Positions 206,401-220,633 of a stretch of DNA of 248,000 nucleotides are shown here, in pieces (the stretch's first letter is position 1; every line of letters begins with the position of its first letter). Position numbers and translations under genes: made by a program. This DNA comes from Rhodosorus marinus CCMP1338. Taxonomy: Eukaryota; Plantae; Rhodophyta. The DNA lies in contig JAMWBK010000008.1 in the NCBI GenBank assembly GCA_029953675.1, positions 1,632,001-1,880,000 on the forward strand, in the 5' to 3' direction. Below the pieces are notes generated by a model. The model had not been told where the DNA came from. It saw only the letters and a list, made by a program, of their open reading frames with translations, and did not search any database.

Positions 206401-209400
206401 CAGCTTTGTTGAAGTGAACAATCAATTGGACGATGTAGGAGAGGTCCGTAGTGAAGTTGAGAGGCTTTCCACGGTTGTCCACGCGTTATGGGAGCGAACT
206501 CGTTACCTTCGTGGCTTGTCTGAGAAAGCAGAGGGTTTTTTTTTAAACTGAATCGTAGGGCTGCGAGGTGATGCGAAAGTACGGAGGCAAACAAGGGCTG
206601 AAAGGGCTACGGCTTTTCGGCGATTTGGAGGGAGAGGTGGTTGTTGGTGGCCCGATGAAGGAGGCAGTCGTTGAAGCTAAATGGAAGTCTTCTGGTAGCT
206701 CGCCTGTAATTTTTTTGAGCTCCAAGGAAGATCAAGAGATGGCTTCACGTAACGCGCCCGCGGATGGTGATTTTCAAGCGCCTGGCAAAGGCGAGTCCTC
206801 CGAGGAAGAATCGCCTCCCCAGGTAAAGGAAGGGTCAAAAGCGATAACGCCGGAAGTCATTTTAGATGACGGACAACCGTTAAACCCAGAAGGCCCAATT
206901 CCGGACACAGAGAAGAAAGAGGACGCTGAACTTGACAAAGAGAAGCAGGCAAAGACCGACGCCGCAGTCCAAACTCTTCCGGAACCTCCCACGCAAGATT
207001 TGAGGAAGACTGATGACAGCGGAAAACCCGTCCAAGGAAATGGTGCAAGCCCGAGTCCTGGAAACGTTCGAGCCGAGAGCGATTCCACCGGCTCGGAGAA
207101 ATCAACAGCCGACGCACACGAGGCGAAGGAGTGGCGCTTGCGAGGAGAAGTTAACACTGACGCCGAAGAGTCGGTCACGGTGAAAGACCCTCGCACAGAG
207201 ATTCTAGCAGCAGATATTGAGGCAGGTTTGCAGCTCTCCCGCAGGCAAGTTGAAAAGAAGCGGCCCAGACCCGAGTTACGCCTCAGGTCCAATCCTCTAG
207301 TCCGCCCCGCGGGTGAGAAGCTACAAGACTCGGAAGTGCACGGGACCGTGTCCATTCTCCTCGGAGATGCTCCAGAGGAGAGGCGGATTCGTGCCAAAAC
207401 GTACGTCACTAACATCGATGGTAGAAGGATACAATGGGAAGACGAGCAAGTACGGGAGACGGTACTGAGGAACGTAAGCAACTCCCGTTATCAAAATGAA
207501 AGAACTCTTTCGAGCGAGCCTGCTACAAATCCTTGCAAGGCAGCGACTAGGCGTTGTTTGCAAGATACAGAGGATAGAAGGAAGCCGCTTCGCTTGGGCC
207601 TAGGGTCCCTTCCGTGTCAGGATTGAACGGCCTTCAGGTTATTTCGAGGTGTTCGCTGACGGTGTTAATCGCCTTCTTTCTTGTCGTTCGAATAGGTTTA
207701 TGACGCTCGAATCGCCGGAATAGGGTACTTCGAAGGGGTCATGCGCTCAACTCTGCTTCCGCATCCGATTGGTCGGAACGGGGAGGTCAGATATCGACAG
207801 CAGCAGATGAAACTTAAGAACATAGACGGCGAGGTTTGGTCGCCAAACCTCAAACTCAACGATTTGCTATTCGAGCGCGGTTTGAAGGGTAGATTTTACC
207901 TCGACGAGGAGTCCATGCAGATCGACTTGAACGAAAAGCTCAAGCCTACGGGGGATCGCTTCAAAATCCACTCCACAACCGCGGGCAAGGGTGCCCTGTA
208001 CATACGGTGGAATGATTCCAACCTCAACGTTACCGCCAACGCCAAATCCCAGTCTATGTTTGCTCGAGTGGAATCGTTTCCCATGCACAACCTCCTCGGA
208101 AGCAACTCCCAAATAGAGGGCGTGTTGCACTCCAACCTGTCATTGAACATGAAGACGCGACGGGGGAACGCTTCAGTTCGTTGGGAGAAGGCCAGAGTTG
208201 GGGACTTGTACCTGGACAATCTTGAAAGTAAGCACTGAGCACTTTCAGCTTTTTCCATACTAGGTTTCGATCATGGCTGTGGCTGATCCACATCTTCACA
208301 TTGACCCTCCCACTTTGGAAATTTTCCAGTGAATGTGTTCTGGGTGAAGGAGTTGGTTTCGCTTGACAAGTGTCTGATTAAGCAGCCAAACTCGGAATAT
208401 CGAGCGTTGGGTGAGCTATCGTTTCCAGGAGGTGACTTTTCGCGAAAACCGGCGTGGAAGGCGCGAATAACAGTTCCAGAAGCGGAGGTGAACGAGTTTG
208501 TTGAGTTGCTTTGCGGGAAGGTTGACAAAGCAGAGGATGCAAAGCAGACCCTGGCGGATTGGAGTGTCCCGAAGCTGGAGATGGAAGACAAGCTGGGCTG
208601 GTTTGAGAACTTTCTGGATGAAGAGACGGAGCACGAGGTTCGCCTTCAGTTTGCCGGTGAAAAGGTGGATATTCCTGAGCCTCTTCCGTACCCCCGTGAC
208701 ATGTTTGGCACGTTTTCTGGTGCGTTCGACATGGAGAGCAACGGTGAACTGTCAGCTACTGGACATCTGGACGGCAAGGACTGGCGAGTTGGACAGCACA
208801 TGATCGGTATGATCTGCACTGGCATTCTCTTATTGAAATTTTTCCTACCAGAGCTACGTATCTCCTTCTCAGCGATTCTCGCCTTCTTGGGTACTTCTGC
208901 TCTGTTCCTGTGGCCGACTGCGAAACAGGAACCGTTAGCGCACGGGCAAGTCTTAAGGATGGAATGTACAATGTCAAGAATGTGGACATCACTGGGGAAG
209001 AAGGCTTGAGCTTCCATGCACACGGGCAACTAGGCACACAAGACGATAAAGACTCCGTCACAATGGAGGTTGATGCTGAGAACATCCCCTCCCAGTCGTT
209101 TCTTCAGCACGTGAAACACCGATTCAATCTCGATGCCAATCTCAACTTCAAGGGCGTCATGCAGGGAACAATCTACGAACCGGAGGTTGTCTGCGAATTC
209201 AGCATTCCGGAAGGCATCATCAATGACAAAGCGATAGAATCCACCAAAGGATCGTTTTCCTACAGGTCAGATATCCGTTCCAAAAAGTCCGTGCTCATCT
209301 TCTTTTCGCTCAAGCCCGTGCGCCTTCTCTCATCTGCGGGCTACTGCCGAAATGATATAGGAACGTACGAGCTGATGTGAAGCTAGACGGAAAAGTCTTT

Positions 209401-211410
209401 GACGTGTCAGAGTTGAAGAAGCCCAAATATCGCCGTCGGGAGGAAAAGCTAAACCTGGAGGCCTCAGTGCCGTACCGAATGCCTCCGATCGAAGTACCTG
209501 GGAGAAATGGCTCCAGGAAATGGACTCCAGACCAGCTGCAACAACCACTTCCAACTGACTACATCACCGTCGACGGACAGGTATACTGGAAGCAACGTCC
209601 GACTCCCCGTTGAAAATCTGTTTACTTAGTAGCAATTCGACTGTTTCCTCGTGTTATAGTTGAAGAAGCACGGACTTCTAGTGATGAACTTGCTTGCACC
209701 AGATCTCACTTGGACAGCAGGAAACTCCGACCTCAAGTTGAAGGTCAGGGGGACACTAGGCGAGCCAAAAATTGATGGATATGGGAACGTGTCTGATGGG
209801 GAGGTACGATCAAGCAACTCGTTAACGCTGGTGTGCTAATGGCTCCCTTCTTCGCCACTAACCACGTATCGGACTTGTCCTAATGCGCTTGACAACCAGC
209901 TATGGCCTGAGTTTTTGGAAGACCCGTTGAGGAGGGTGAGGTTCGAGGTGGTGATTAACCGCGGGCAAGTCGTGTCTGTGAATGGGTTCTCCGGAAGCTA
210001 CAACGGGAGACCCCTGACTATCTACGGAGAATTGCCGCTTATCGATCCGAGTATAAAGATCGGGACTCCGTTGACGCTTAACTCCGCAGAAGTCATGTTG
210101 AACGTGAGGGAATACTACTTTGGTAGGGGTATGAGCAATGATAGGAACCATATTGTGGTGTGCGACTGAATGGAGATCGTGATGTCCGACTCGATAGGTA
210201 AAGCCTCCGGTAAGGTCTCCCTCGCAGGATCTGCCAAGGTCCCGACGCTGTCCGGGAGGGTTGTACTTCGAGAAGGCGTTGTGTATGTACAAAATTACGT
210301 TCAAAATTCAGAAACCACTGATGGAAAGACGGGAGAACAGGAAGGTCAAGTTGTGGAGGTTGGACCGGCACTGGGACTGAACGGAGTCGATGTCAAGTTC
210401 CAAAACGATCTTTCAGTACGTGATAGCGTGTTGTTTCGTGGGCTCCACGACCGTCGAATCCACTTTCTTATCTTGAACTCGGTTATGATTAGGTCGTGTT
210501 CCCATACGTTATGAACGTTGGAGTCGAAGGAGGAATCAAACTCAATGGAGACTCATCCACACCTATGCCTACTGGCCGCGTCGACCTTACGGATGGAACG
210601 ATCAACCTCGTTACAACGAGGCTTAAGGTTAGCAATGACGCTTTTCTAGCAGTGGTGCTAAAGTTTCTGACTTCTGCTGTTGTGTTCTTGATGATAGGTG
210701 AAGCGAGACTCGAACAATTATGCAGTGTTCAGCGGAGACCTCATGCCACTGGTTGAGTTCACCCTGGAAAATCAAGGTTTGACCATGCATGTGCGACAGA
210801 CGAGGGCTGATAAGTGGTCAAGCGCCTTGGAAGTTAAGGACAAGTCAAGCGACAATTCTCTGGATGAAAGGCATTGGATTGGTGTCGTGGCGGATAGGTT
210901 GGATCTAGATCCTGACTAGCTCGCGGAGTTTGCATGAGGGATGACTTCATTCTGAATCAAGAGCGCTATTTCGGTTGTGCTTTCAGGCTTCGTGGAATGA
211001 GTAGCTCTGAGAGGCTTGGCGAATCCATTCCAGATTTCGCTACAAAGACGTTTGTTACGAACTACAGCCTGGCGGGTGAACTAGGAGATGCAAGATGGAG
211101 ACTCTACCCATCTATTGGAGACGTTGTCCATCCCCGAGGAGCCGTGCGGCTGGAGGTTTGTGTCCTTACGTCCTTCGCCTAGGCCGACGACGATTATTGA
211201 GCAGGGAAAAGCTTTTCGTTTGTCGCCCTCTCTGCTTGTTAGGAACTTGGCGTAGCCGCCGTCGTTGAGCAGGACGAGGCAAAACTGAATTTCAGCGCGT
211301 CGCTGAACGGTTTCGCAAAGGGTGTGATCTCTTTTCGGCCCACGGACGTCTTGTCCCTGAACATGCAGGTGACACCAAACGAGTAAGTAACCGTTTCAAA
211401 ACAAAGACGG
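203497..211410 (+). CDS. TIC236: TIC236/TamB-like plastid envelope protein, many exons
   Basis: Transit-like N-terminus, TM, long beta-rich body, acidic insert, C-terminal GIKLNG..TGRVDL..GTINLVTTRL (DUF490-like). Confidence 0.72.
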
Positions 211411-212548
211411 GAAACATCGTTATACGAACAACTTTTTCCTGGCGAACGCTAAAGATTTGGTTTTGGTTGTGTTTCTGAAGGACAACCGCACAACTTGAGA
211501 TCAACTACAAAGGTGACCGGAAGCGAGACTAGACCCTAACTGTATTTTACTGGACAGATGACCCCCTTCATGAAGTGGATGAATCTTTAGTAATAACAAT
211601 TCAATTTTCAACGAGAAGAACTTTTTAGCGAGTACTAAGGCACCGATCGTCTCGTCCCATCCTGACCAGGAGGCAATGACAGGTCTAGCTGCCCAAGCCT
211701 AGATCAAGACTGATCATCTCCTGGAATGTGAATTCTCCCGACCCTAACAGGGCAGTCCTAGCCAAGCAAGCAGCGAGGGTCATTGGACCGCCATCCGGAG
211801 CCTCAGGAGTGACCTGACGTTTTAATCAGAGGAACCTCTCCAACACCTTCCTTAAGTAATCAACAAGCTTCAATTGGCACCAGCGCACATTCACGGCCAA
211901 TAAGCTGTTGCCACTAACCCGACAGCGGCCCTAGAACATTACATGCAAAAATCACTGTCCCACCTGTAGTCTCCGCTGTCCCATTTCCGTCGAAGAATAT
212001 CTCATTTCAAACATCTCCGTTGGGACAGTGCCGACACGCTTTTCCTTCAGCAACAGCCATTAAACGTGAACGGAGAAACTGGGGAAGAGAACGGACGAGT
212101 GAGTATAATTGAGAGCTTCCTGCATGAACCAGTACAAATAATTGGTTCATTCGCAAAGATTCTAGCTCCCTTACTAGCGCCCACCGAATGTGACTATCAA
212201 GGGGACTGGGAATTTCAATAAGCAAACCCTTGCCAGGCTGATTATGAGCAACCGTGAAGCTTTTTCGACTAGAAAACATTCCTAGATGCATCAACTAGGC
212301 AGAACCTTCGATACTGTACAAGCTCGTGACCTTTCTGAAGACTAAAACTTTCCCGTCTTTGCGTTTTGCAATTCTCGCTTTCGGTGCGCATCGACAGTCT
212401 TGGTTTGTGTCTTTGCAGCTTGGTGCTCATCTACTTAAAGAACTGGCAAAGCTCTGTAAAGAGATATCCCATAAGGCTTTGGTTTCTGACATGAATGCTG
212501 CGGAGGGGAGGGGGGGAAGGATAACGAACCATCTGCATTCTCGAATCG

Positions 212549-214254
212549 TTGAGCAGATGGTCGATGGCGTTCGTGACGAATTTTTTGTCGGGACGCAATG
212601 AGCTGCTGACCGGAGAGAGGACAGTTTCTCGTCGGCAATTTGGTTGTGGAAATGTCGCCTCGAAGCCGCTGCGGGTGTTCATGGTGGCTCCTACGAAGAA
212701 GACCAGCAATGAGAAAGGTAGCGGAGCTGAGGAGGGGATGGAAGAGTCAAGCATTACTCAACGGGCTCTGTCTTTCGGCTCTCGTCACCTCCGTATCTTC
212801 GGTGGAACAGCGTGCCCGAAACTGGCAAGCGATGTAGCGAGGTATCTCGGCTTCGATGGCCCTCATGGGATGATTGTAAAGCGATTTGCCGATGATGAGG
212901 TACCTTTCTGTCCTTACTCTCATCTAGGCACTCAGGTTTTGTTGCGGCTGAGCAGGTCGATATCTGGCTTGTTTTACTCTGGTTGTTTTCGAACAGGTCT
213001 ACGTTAGAATCACAGAAAGTATCAGAGGATGTGACGTTTTCCTGATTCAGAGCACGTGTAGTCCCGTCAACGACTCACTTATGGAGCTACTTCTCATGAT
213101 CGATGCATGTAGAAGAGCTCACGCCGCTCAGATAACAGCAGTTGTTCCCTACTATGGATGTAAGACAAGGCAATCGATTCCCTTCCTGATAGCAGTCTCA
213201 CAACAGAGTTTCCCCACGCCCATGTGGTTTGTCTTTGAAACGCTCGAGTAGACGCACGTGCTGATCGTCTAGTCGAGAAACGAGAGGCCCTGGGCTCCAA
213301 ACTATGTGCGAACTTGATAACTCGAGCTGGAGCAGATCGAGTGATCGTTATGGATATTCACTCTCCTCAGTCCTGTGGATTCTTTGACATCCCACTTGAT
213401 CATATCCATGGCTCTGCTGTACTTGCTGGATACTTGAAAGAGAACCAGGTAGGCGTCGCTGATATACGAGTGCCATTCCGGGCTCCACTGACTGATTGGT
213501 ATTGATTGTCTTCTATGGCAGATGCCCATGGATGATTTGGTTATCGTATCACCAGATATTGGAGGGGTAAAACGTGCTCGGTACTTTGCGAAGGAGTTGA
213601 ATGACTCTTCGCTCGCAATCATCGATAAACGCCGCCCCGCGTCGAATGTATCTGAGGTCATGAACCTCATCGGCGATGTTCAAGGTTGTTATTTGCATGC
213701 CTTGCTCTTCCGATTCTGGGTTGTCCGGCTCGTCTTTGCTATCAGCTACCGGCGGCTCTAGCTTGTGAACAATCTGGAAGATGTGAATATTGGAAACGGC
213801 GAGCGCCACGGCCGATTTGGAGGTCTGAAAGGCTGGTTGCTCTTTGCTCTTGACTCAACAGGGAAAACTGCGGTTGTCGTAGATGATATGATCGACACAG
213901 CAGGGACGATTTGCCAGTGTTGCGATGTTCTACTTGAAAACGGAGCAAAGCGGGTATTCGCTATGGCAACTCATCCCTTGCTCTCTGGGCCTGCTCGGGA
214001 TCGCCTCGCGAACAGTGGGTTTGAACAGGTGCGGAGGGGAAAGAAAAATATCAGGCCCTGATCGTACTACTCAACTCAAAAGCCTGAGGACGCCCTTCCT
214101 CATTCCGTTCTGTTCTGCGCAAAAGGTTATCGTGACTGATACAATCCCAATCCCTGCTGATCGTACATTCCCGCAACTTCGAATACTTTCCATCGCACAG
214201 ACGGTTGGCGAGACCATTTGGAGAAATCATTCGGACTTTGCCGTGAGCTACTAG
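212549..214254 (+). CDS. PRS: Ribose-phosphate pyrophosphokinase, plastid, multi-exon
   Basis: [41 protein letters not shown]. Confidence 0.95.
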
Positions 214255-214637
214255 AAAGTCACAGGAAAGTCATAAAACTTCGGAACAAGCTCAATCCTTA
214301 ACCTTTTTCTGCCCCCGAGCAACTCGAGCACAGAGCTCCCCAAAAGCGTCGCCACGTTCTGCACCCCGAACATGCTATCCTGTTTTTGGTGCTCCTCTCT
214401 CTCACCTTTTCCGAAAATTTGTCACGATCTAGGCACCCTGAACTGTTCACGTGGAAGGACATGATCTGGACGAATCTATAACCTATGACCTTTAGACCTG
214501 ATGCCTCTTAATACCTAATAAGTACAACAAGAAAGAAAACCCCTACACCGCTGATGGAAATACTCGAGCAGGCAAACGCTCTCCTAGGAGTTCCTCAATG
214601 GCCTTCCACAAGCAACTCCAAAAACTCTCCGTGCAGC

Positions 214638-216454
214638 CTATTCTGCCTCCTCTTTCTTCATGCGGTCTACCAAGGACTCTTGCGATTGGCGCTCAAACTT
214701 AACGATCTTCATGAGTTCTCCCCTGAAAGCGCTCACAGCCAACGCGTTCCCGAGCAGGAACGGGACCTAGTTTAAGGGCAATAAGCAGAAAACGTCTGAG
214801 CAAAGGAAGTGAAGAAAGGGCTGCTAGAGGGATGCTTCGGCGACTCCTCCGATACTTACTAGATACAAGAGTGCGGGCTGCGGACTATGACTGACCGCAT
214901 TTACGACGAAGCACGTAAAAAGCCCAGCGACGTACGCAACCATTGAGGAGCCAAAGTACGGTCCGTTACGGACTTGGCATACTTCTCGATCGTCCTCAAA
215001 AACTAGCTCTTTATCCACAAATGCCATCATTGCGACAAAAATTCCCGGTACGACAACGTCTCCGAGTCCCAGAATGGCAAACGGGTAGCTCTGGACACCA
215101 GTTGCTCTGTTTGAGTTTTACGGAGATGCGCGATTTAGCTAGATTCAGTTTGGATGGCGCCTGACCCCCATACTTACCCAGGGACAGTTTCCCTTGGAAA
215201 CAAGAACTTTGCTGGTGCCTCGATGCTCGTTGCTACTGAGACCATGACGTCGGTGCCAAACACGAAGAACACATCGTAAAGTAGCAGGCCCGAGAGCAAG
215301 GCTGCAGCGCTCCAAAGAGATTTCGGCTTGAGAAGCGAAATACATCTCACAGCGAGTCCAAACCCAATGAGGTTACTCGCCATGAATGTTGTCGCACCAC
215401 TGCCAAACAAATACGTTCCGCTGATTGCAGCCGAAATCACGGCCGTTGTAACGTTTTTCGGCGAACTCCACGGCTCCACATCCTCCTCACATCCGTCCTC
215501 CCCAACGGCTATCCGATTCCGAACAAAGTAGGAAACAATTGAGATGATCAGCTTGGAATCCAAGATCACTCGTTCGAGCTCTCCAAATCCGAGTTGTGAC
215601 AACAGAGAAAAGGCGGATAACCTTTCTCGTGCTCATAGCTGTTCACTAAATACCAGGATGCGCGCTCTGGAACCCCTCTCGGGTGTAGAGGAGCTGGAGC
215701 CTACACCAATGAGAACGACAGCGGTCTAGCTCAAAATAGGAGGACCAGCTCCGGGCGCGGAGCGTGGTGAAACAAGCTCACCCTTCGTTACCGGCTGCAC
215801 GGGAAACACTTTGGTGTATAAATTAAAAAAGATCGGGTCCAGTGTTTCCTTCAAGCAGATCCCTCCGAAGACGACGGAAGCGTATTTGAAAATTTGGCCA
215901 ACATCAATGCTCGTGTATCGGAGGAGAAAGTACATCCCAGCAAGGAACACTCCGGAGACTATGGGGGCAAGGAAGGCCTGCTTCGGGGAGAGATCATCGA
216001 CTGGAAGCTCCGTGAGGTTTCTGTTTTAGAGGGATTTGCGGAAACCACATCAGACTGCTGTGAAGGATTTGGTTGTTACTGGTTGATCGACCGCTTACCG
216101 CTTGGAACCTGCATATAGGGCTGAGGCACCGACGAGGAAAAAATACAAGGCATCCGAGAAGTTCGTTTTCCCGATTATTGGAAGAATCTGCGCTGTTCCT
216201 CCAACAAGAAAAGCAGGCCAAGCATACCCGACTGATTTTGCCGGCAGCTCAAGCTCACTCTGCGGCGGAGTCCCATTCCCGCTTGCCTTCTCCTCAACAG
216301 ACAACCTCCCAAGCTTCTCAACATCTACACTTTGCTCCTCCTCCTTCCTCACCGTCCCTCTCTCTACCCCACTCATCCGCCATTTTCCAACCTTGCATCT
216401 ATTTACTCCAACCCTTCTACCTAAAACCAAACCAGGTGTACTCAAAAACGCCAT
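214638..216454 (-). CDS. Signal peptide peptidase-like A22B protease, multi-exon
   Basis: LLYDVFFVFGTDVMVSVA..APAKFLFP; QPALLYL. Confidence 0.88.
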
Positions 216455-217934
216455 ATCTAGATTTCAATCCTTCCCTTCATATGACTTTTCCAACCTCAAC
216501 TCATACCCTTCCCTATCTCCTCACCCTCCCCAATCCTGCGTTCTCTCGCAATCTCATTCTTAAAGTCCTTATCCACACAATCCGAAGCGGTAGACAAGAC
216601 TTCATAACATGGCGAATATTAGCGCAGGGGGAACCATCTTGGGAAGCGATGCATGACGTTCCCCCGGTTGGAGAAAATTCCATATATTTTGCTGGCCACC
216701 TTGGCCAGAAGTAGAACCATTGTTCCTGTACAATAGCTGTTTTGTGACCATTGTTGTTCTCGTTTTTGACCTCGAGGCTAAAGCGGAAAATCTGTCCGAT
216801 GTTCTTCCACTTCAAAGATTTTTGGTTTGATTTTGCTGGCCTGATATGTGGGCCAAGATGTAGATCCAATGTTCGAAGCGGGTAGGAGCAAGATTCGAGC
216901 CCAATGTTCCACCAGTTCGGAGGTGTTTTTATCTGAATTTGTTGGCCAAGATGTTAGATGGCAGTGTTTCTTGAAAGTGGGCAGGAGCTAGATGCGAGGC
217001 CAATGTTCTCAACAGTCGGAAAAAAATTGATCTGGGTTGGAATTTTGTTGGCCACAGAATGAGAAACATTGGCCAGGTGTAGGTCTGAATATTCTTGGAG
217101 GAGGGGCAATATTCCACACGTGCTCGACGTTCCTCAGCTAACAGAAACTTCAAACAGAAAAAGAATCTTGTTGGCCAAGTGGAGAGGAACATTGGCCTGT
217201 TGTAGATCCAATATTGTATGGTGGCACACGGGCATTGTCTGGTTTCAGGGTTTGCTGCTGAAGGGGATTCTCCTAATTGCCTATGCCCTTGCCCAAAGTG
217301 AGATCAGTAGTCCGCGGACTGGATGTGAGAGCATTCAAGTACTACGAAGCGTTTGTGAACTAATCGGTCAGGGTCAGATCCCGAAGATCCCCCTTCTGGC
217401 TAAGAGACAGCGCTCTTCTCAAATCGAGAAGAGCGCAATATCTAGTTCATCATGCGTTTATTCAGAGCCTAACTCCCTTCGGTAATGGACAGAACTTCAG
217501 GGCAAATTTCGGAGGAGTAGACATGATGATGTAGTTTCACTCACTAGGCTAATGCTATCTGGTCAAGTAAAGTAACCGGAACTTTTACTGGGCAGCTGCC
217601 TATAGCAGCAAAACATTTTTTTTATCTCATCCGCGGGAAAAGGGTCAGGTTAACCATATTACCACAGACATTCGCGGTCAGCAGCGCAATAATACAAGCG
217701 AGCCGCGATGTGCTGAATCCACGGTATTGTGTAGCACTCCAAGATGGCAGAACGATGTCGGGAGCGCTGGGGTAGGAGGCTATTCGATTGCGCCTTTGAG
217801 GACATTCTTGAATGCGGCCAGCGTAACCCTTTATTAGTATGTGCCAACGCGGCGGTTACGAACATGCTGTGACAGTGGTTCAATCCATTGAATTTTTAAG
217901 TGCGAAAACGAAGGCTATGGACTAATCCCGCACA

Positions 217935-218668
217935 CTACATGAGTGGTTTCATGTGGCCTAACTGCTCAAGCACGTTCTGTCCAGTCACCAGCTGCTGGGC
218001 GAAGAATCCAAACCAGCCCACCATAGCGGCACGGCAGTGCACGATCTCATTCTCCTCGTACTTCTTGAAGGTCTGATCGTCCTTGGCCAGCTTGAGAGGG
218101 TCGAATTCGTAATTTCCGGGCGGGCTTCCGTCATAGTTCCTCTTGAATGTCGCAAGCTCAACAGCGCAAATGAATGCGATAATCTGGAACCATCCCTCCA
218201 CTGGGATTTTGTAGATGGCAGCAATGGGGTTCGACTCGGAGAAGTACGGTCCTGGGAGATGAATAATCTCCTGCACCACAATACCCAGAACGGCAAGCAT
218301 ACAAATTCTTCCATGCTTCAGCTCCTAAGACCGCAGACACAAAAAATCCCCAAGAATCAATTGTGTTCAGAACTCCATGGTCAGACGCAGCACAGAATGA
218401 GTATTGAGCGAGACAAAGCAAAATCGAAAAATCAACTTACCGAGGCACGTGCATACTTCAGGTTAATGTTATCAGACAAATATAGAGGGTCGAACCCAAC
218501 ATCTCCAGGGAGCGTGCCGTCCAGATTCTTAGGGCACTCCAAAAACGGGATGGACTTGGACATGGTGGGTTCCATCATCATGGTTACCGAGCTCTTCGCC
218601 CTCCTCACTGACACAGCCCGTCCAGCTAACCTGCTGGTTCCAAGCGAAACTCCGGAAACGAACGCCAT
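217935..218668 (-). CDS. LHCR: Red-lineage light-harvesting complex protein (one intron)
   Basis: [18 protein letters not shown]; [20 protein letters not shown]. Confidence 0.93.
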
Positions 218669-220633
218669 TTCTACACAGTCCTCAACAAACAAAACAAAAG
218701 AATTCTCTCTACTCCTTGGAAGTCCAATACAAAGATCCTCCCCCCCCACCCCCTCGAAGCGTACCTGCTACACTGCCGACCCCCGCGCATCCCATCCCAT
218801 TGGCCTTCACCCCCAAAAGGCTATTTAGCCGCAAAAAGGCAATCCAGGCATTCAATAAGGAAATCTTCGTTTCCAACGAAATACTGAAGAGACTTCACAT
218901 CTCAGGGAACGCAACACCCCCTCGCCGCGCCATTGCGTCCCACTATGCTTGGCAAGCCCTTAGAATTTTGAACAGGATAAAACTGCTCAACTATCCTACC
219001 CATCAGAAAAAACCAAATGTCAACTTTTTTTATTATATATTACTTTCTAATTTGATTTGGAGGGGTAAGAAAATTGCATCTAACATTTTCTGGTTTGGTG
219101 CAGATGAGGGGTATTTTAGTTCGCTGTTAAATGTATGCGCCGATGAGAAGGGGGGTGAATATATGTGATCCGACGTAAATCGTTATTTGTTTCAATCGAT
219201 GAGGGATATCGAGTCACTCTGTTTTTTTCTTGTTTCGTAGGCTGCCCACCGAGTTGACGAAATGGTTTTTAAGGAAAAAAAAGGTCAGTTCCATTTCGGG
219301 GAAACTTCGGAGCTCAAAATCGCGATCCCGCAAATTGATCTCCCACTATCCTAATTATCTAATATTAAGTCTTGAAAAATAAATATATTTGTTTATTCTC
219401 CTCGTATTAAAACGGTTTAGATCGGATTTCTCATGATTTTACCATCTAGTCAGTTTTCCCCCAGGCAGAGGTGGGAACAGGGTTGGAAAGAGAGGGTATT
219501 GGACTGACTAAATTATTGTATTCACTAAACAAGGAGACTAATTGATTGAAAATCTTGGAACCCAGAGTCACAAGTCCATGTTACCTGAATATCGGACTAA
219601 ATCTGAAGAGTATATCCAGTTCTGGATACAAATACCCTCAAATCTGGTTGCTTGTTCGTAACTGTATGTTCTGCGTCTAAATTGAGTGTAATAAAATGAA
219701 TTTACAGTATGTTGGAGAAGTCTTTAGGGTGATTCTCAGGGGAAAATAATGTCAAGGCGAGTTTGGTGAAAAGCAGACCGATTTTCTTGATTTAAATAAT
219801 CAATACGGTGACTTTACCTTCATAAATATATCTGTTTTCATTATGGATAAGGTTCTAAACGATATATGGAGAGTATCTTCTGTAACGTATCTAATTTATA
219901 GGAACAAACAGCACATTCGAATATATCCACTTGACGCTGATACGGAGAAAGTTTTAATTGCAATGTCCTGTATAAGCTGTTGGCGGCATCAACTTCAATT
220001 CTGACTGAAATAATGACTGAACTTACGTGATCCTTGGTAGTGGCTGACGAAACTCCTCCTCAGAAGATCACTCGATATCCCTGGCCCAACCTGTTTGCTG
220101 TACGAGTTCCAATCTCTATAAGACACATTCGAGTTCTTGAAAATAGTTAATTGGTTCTGTTTGTCTCTCCTCGCATCCTTGGTCACTAGCCATTGTCGAC
220201 AGGCCCAGTCAACCCAGCTGACCATTTCCAGACACCCGCGCTCCTTTGGCTCGGGTGTTGGCAAGGAACTGTTCAGGTTCGTCCTGGCGTTCAGGAGAAA
220301 TGCCAATACAGAGAAGAATAGACAAATTTCCTGGAGCAACCACAAGGAGGTGAGAGAATCTTGAGATATTTTTGCTGTGGTTTAGGTCTCCCTTCCCTCA
220401 GGGTAGATAGGCGCTCTGAATAAATGTTTGTCTGTTTTGCTGTTGGCCGGGAAAGTTATCTCTTGCAGTGATTCCAGCGGTTCTCGTTGGAGGCTGCCCA
220501 AGTATGACGATAGAGAAACATATGCTATCTTTGAGGACAGTTGATGCGGTTCGCCGAAGTGGCACGACTACCTTTTGCATCGGCAGGAAATAATACTTTA
220601 TTAGGGAACCGTATCATCGGGCTCTTCTTAAGG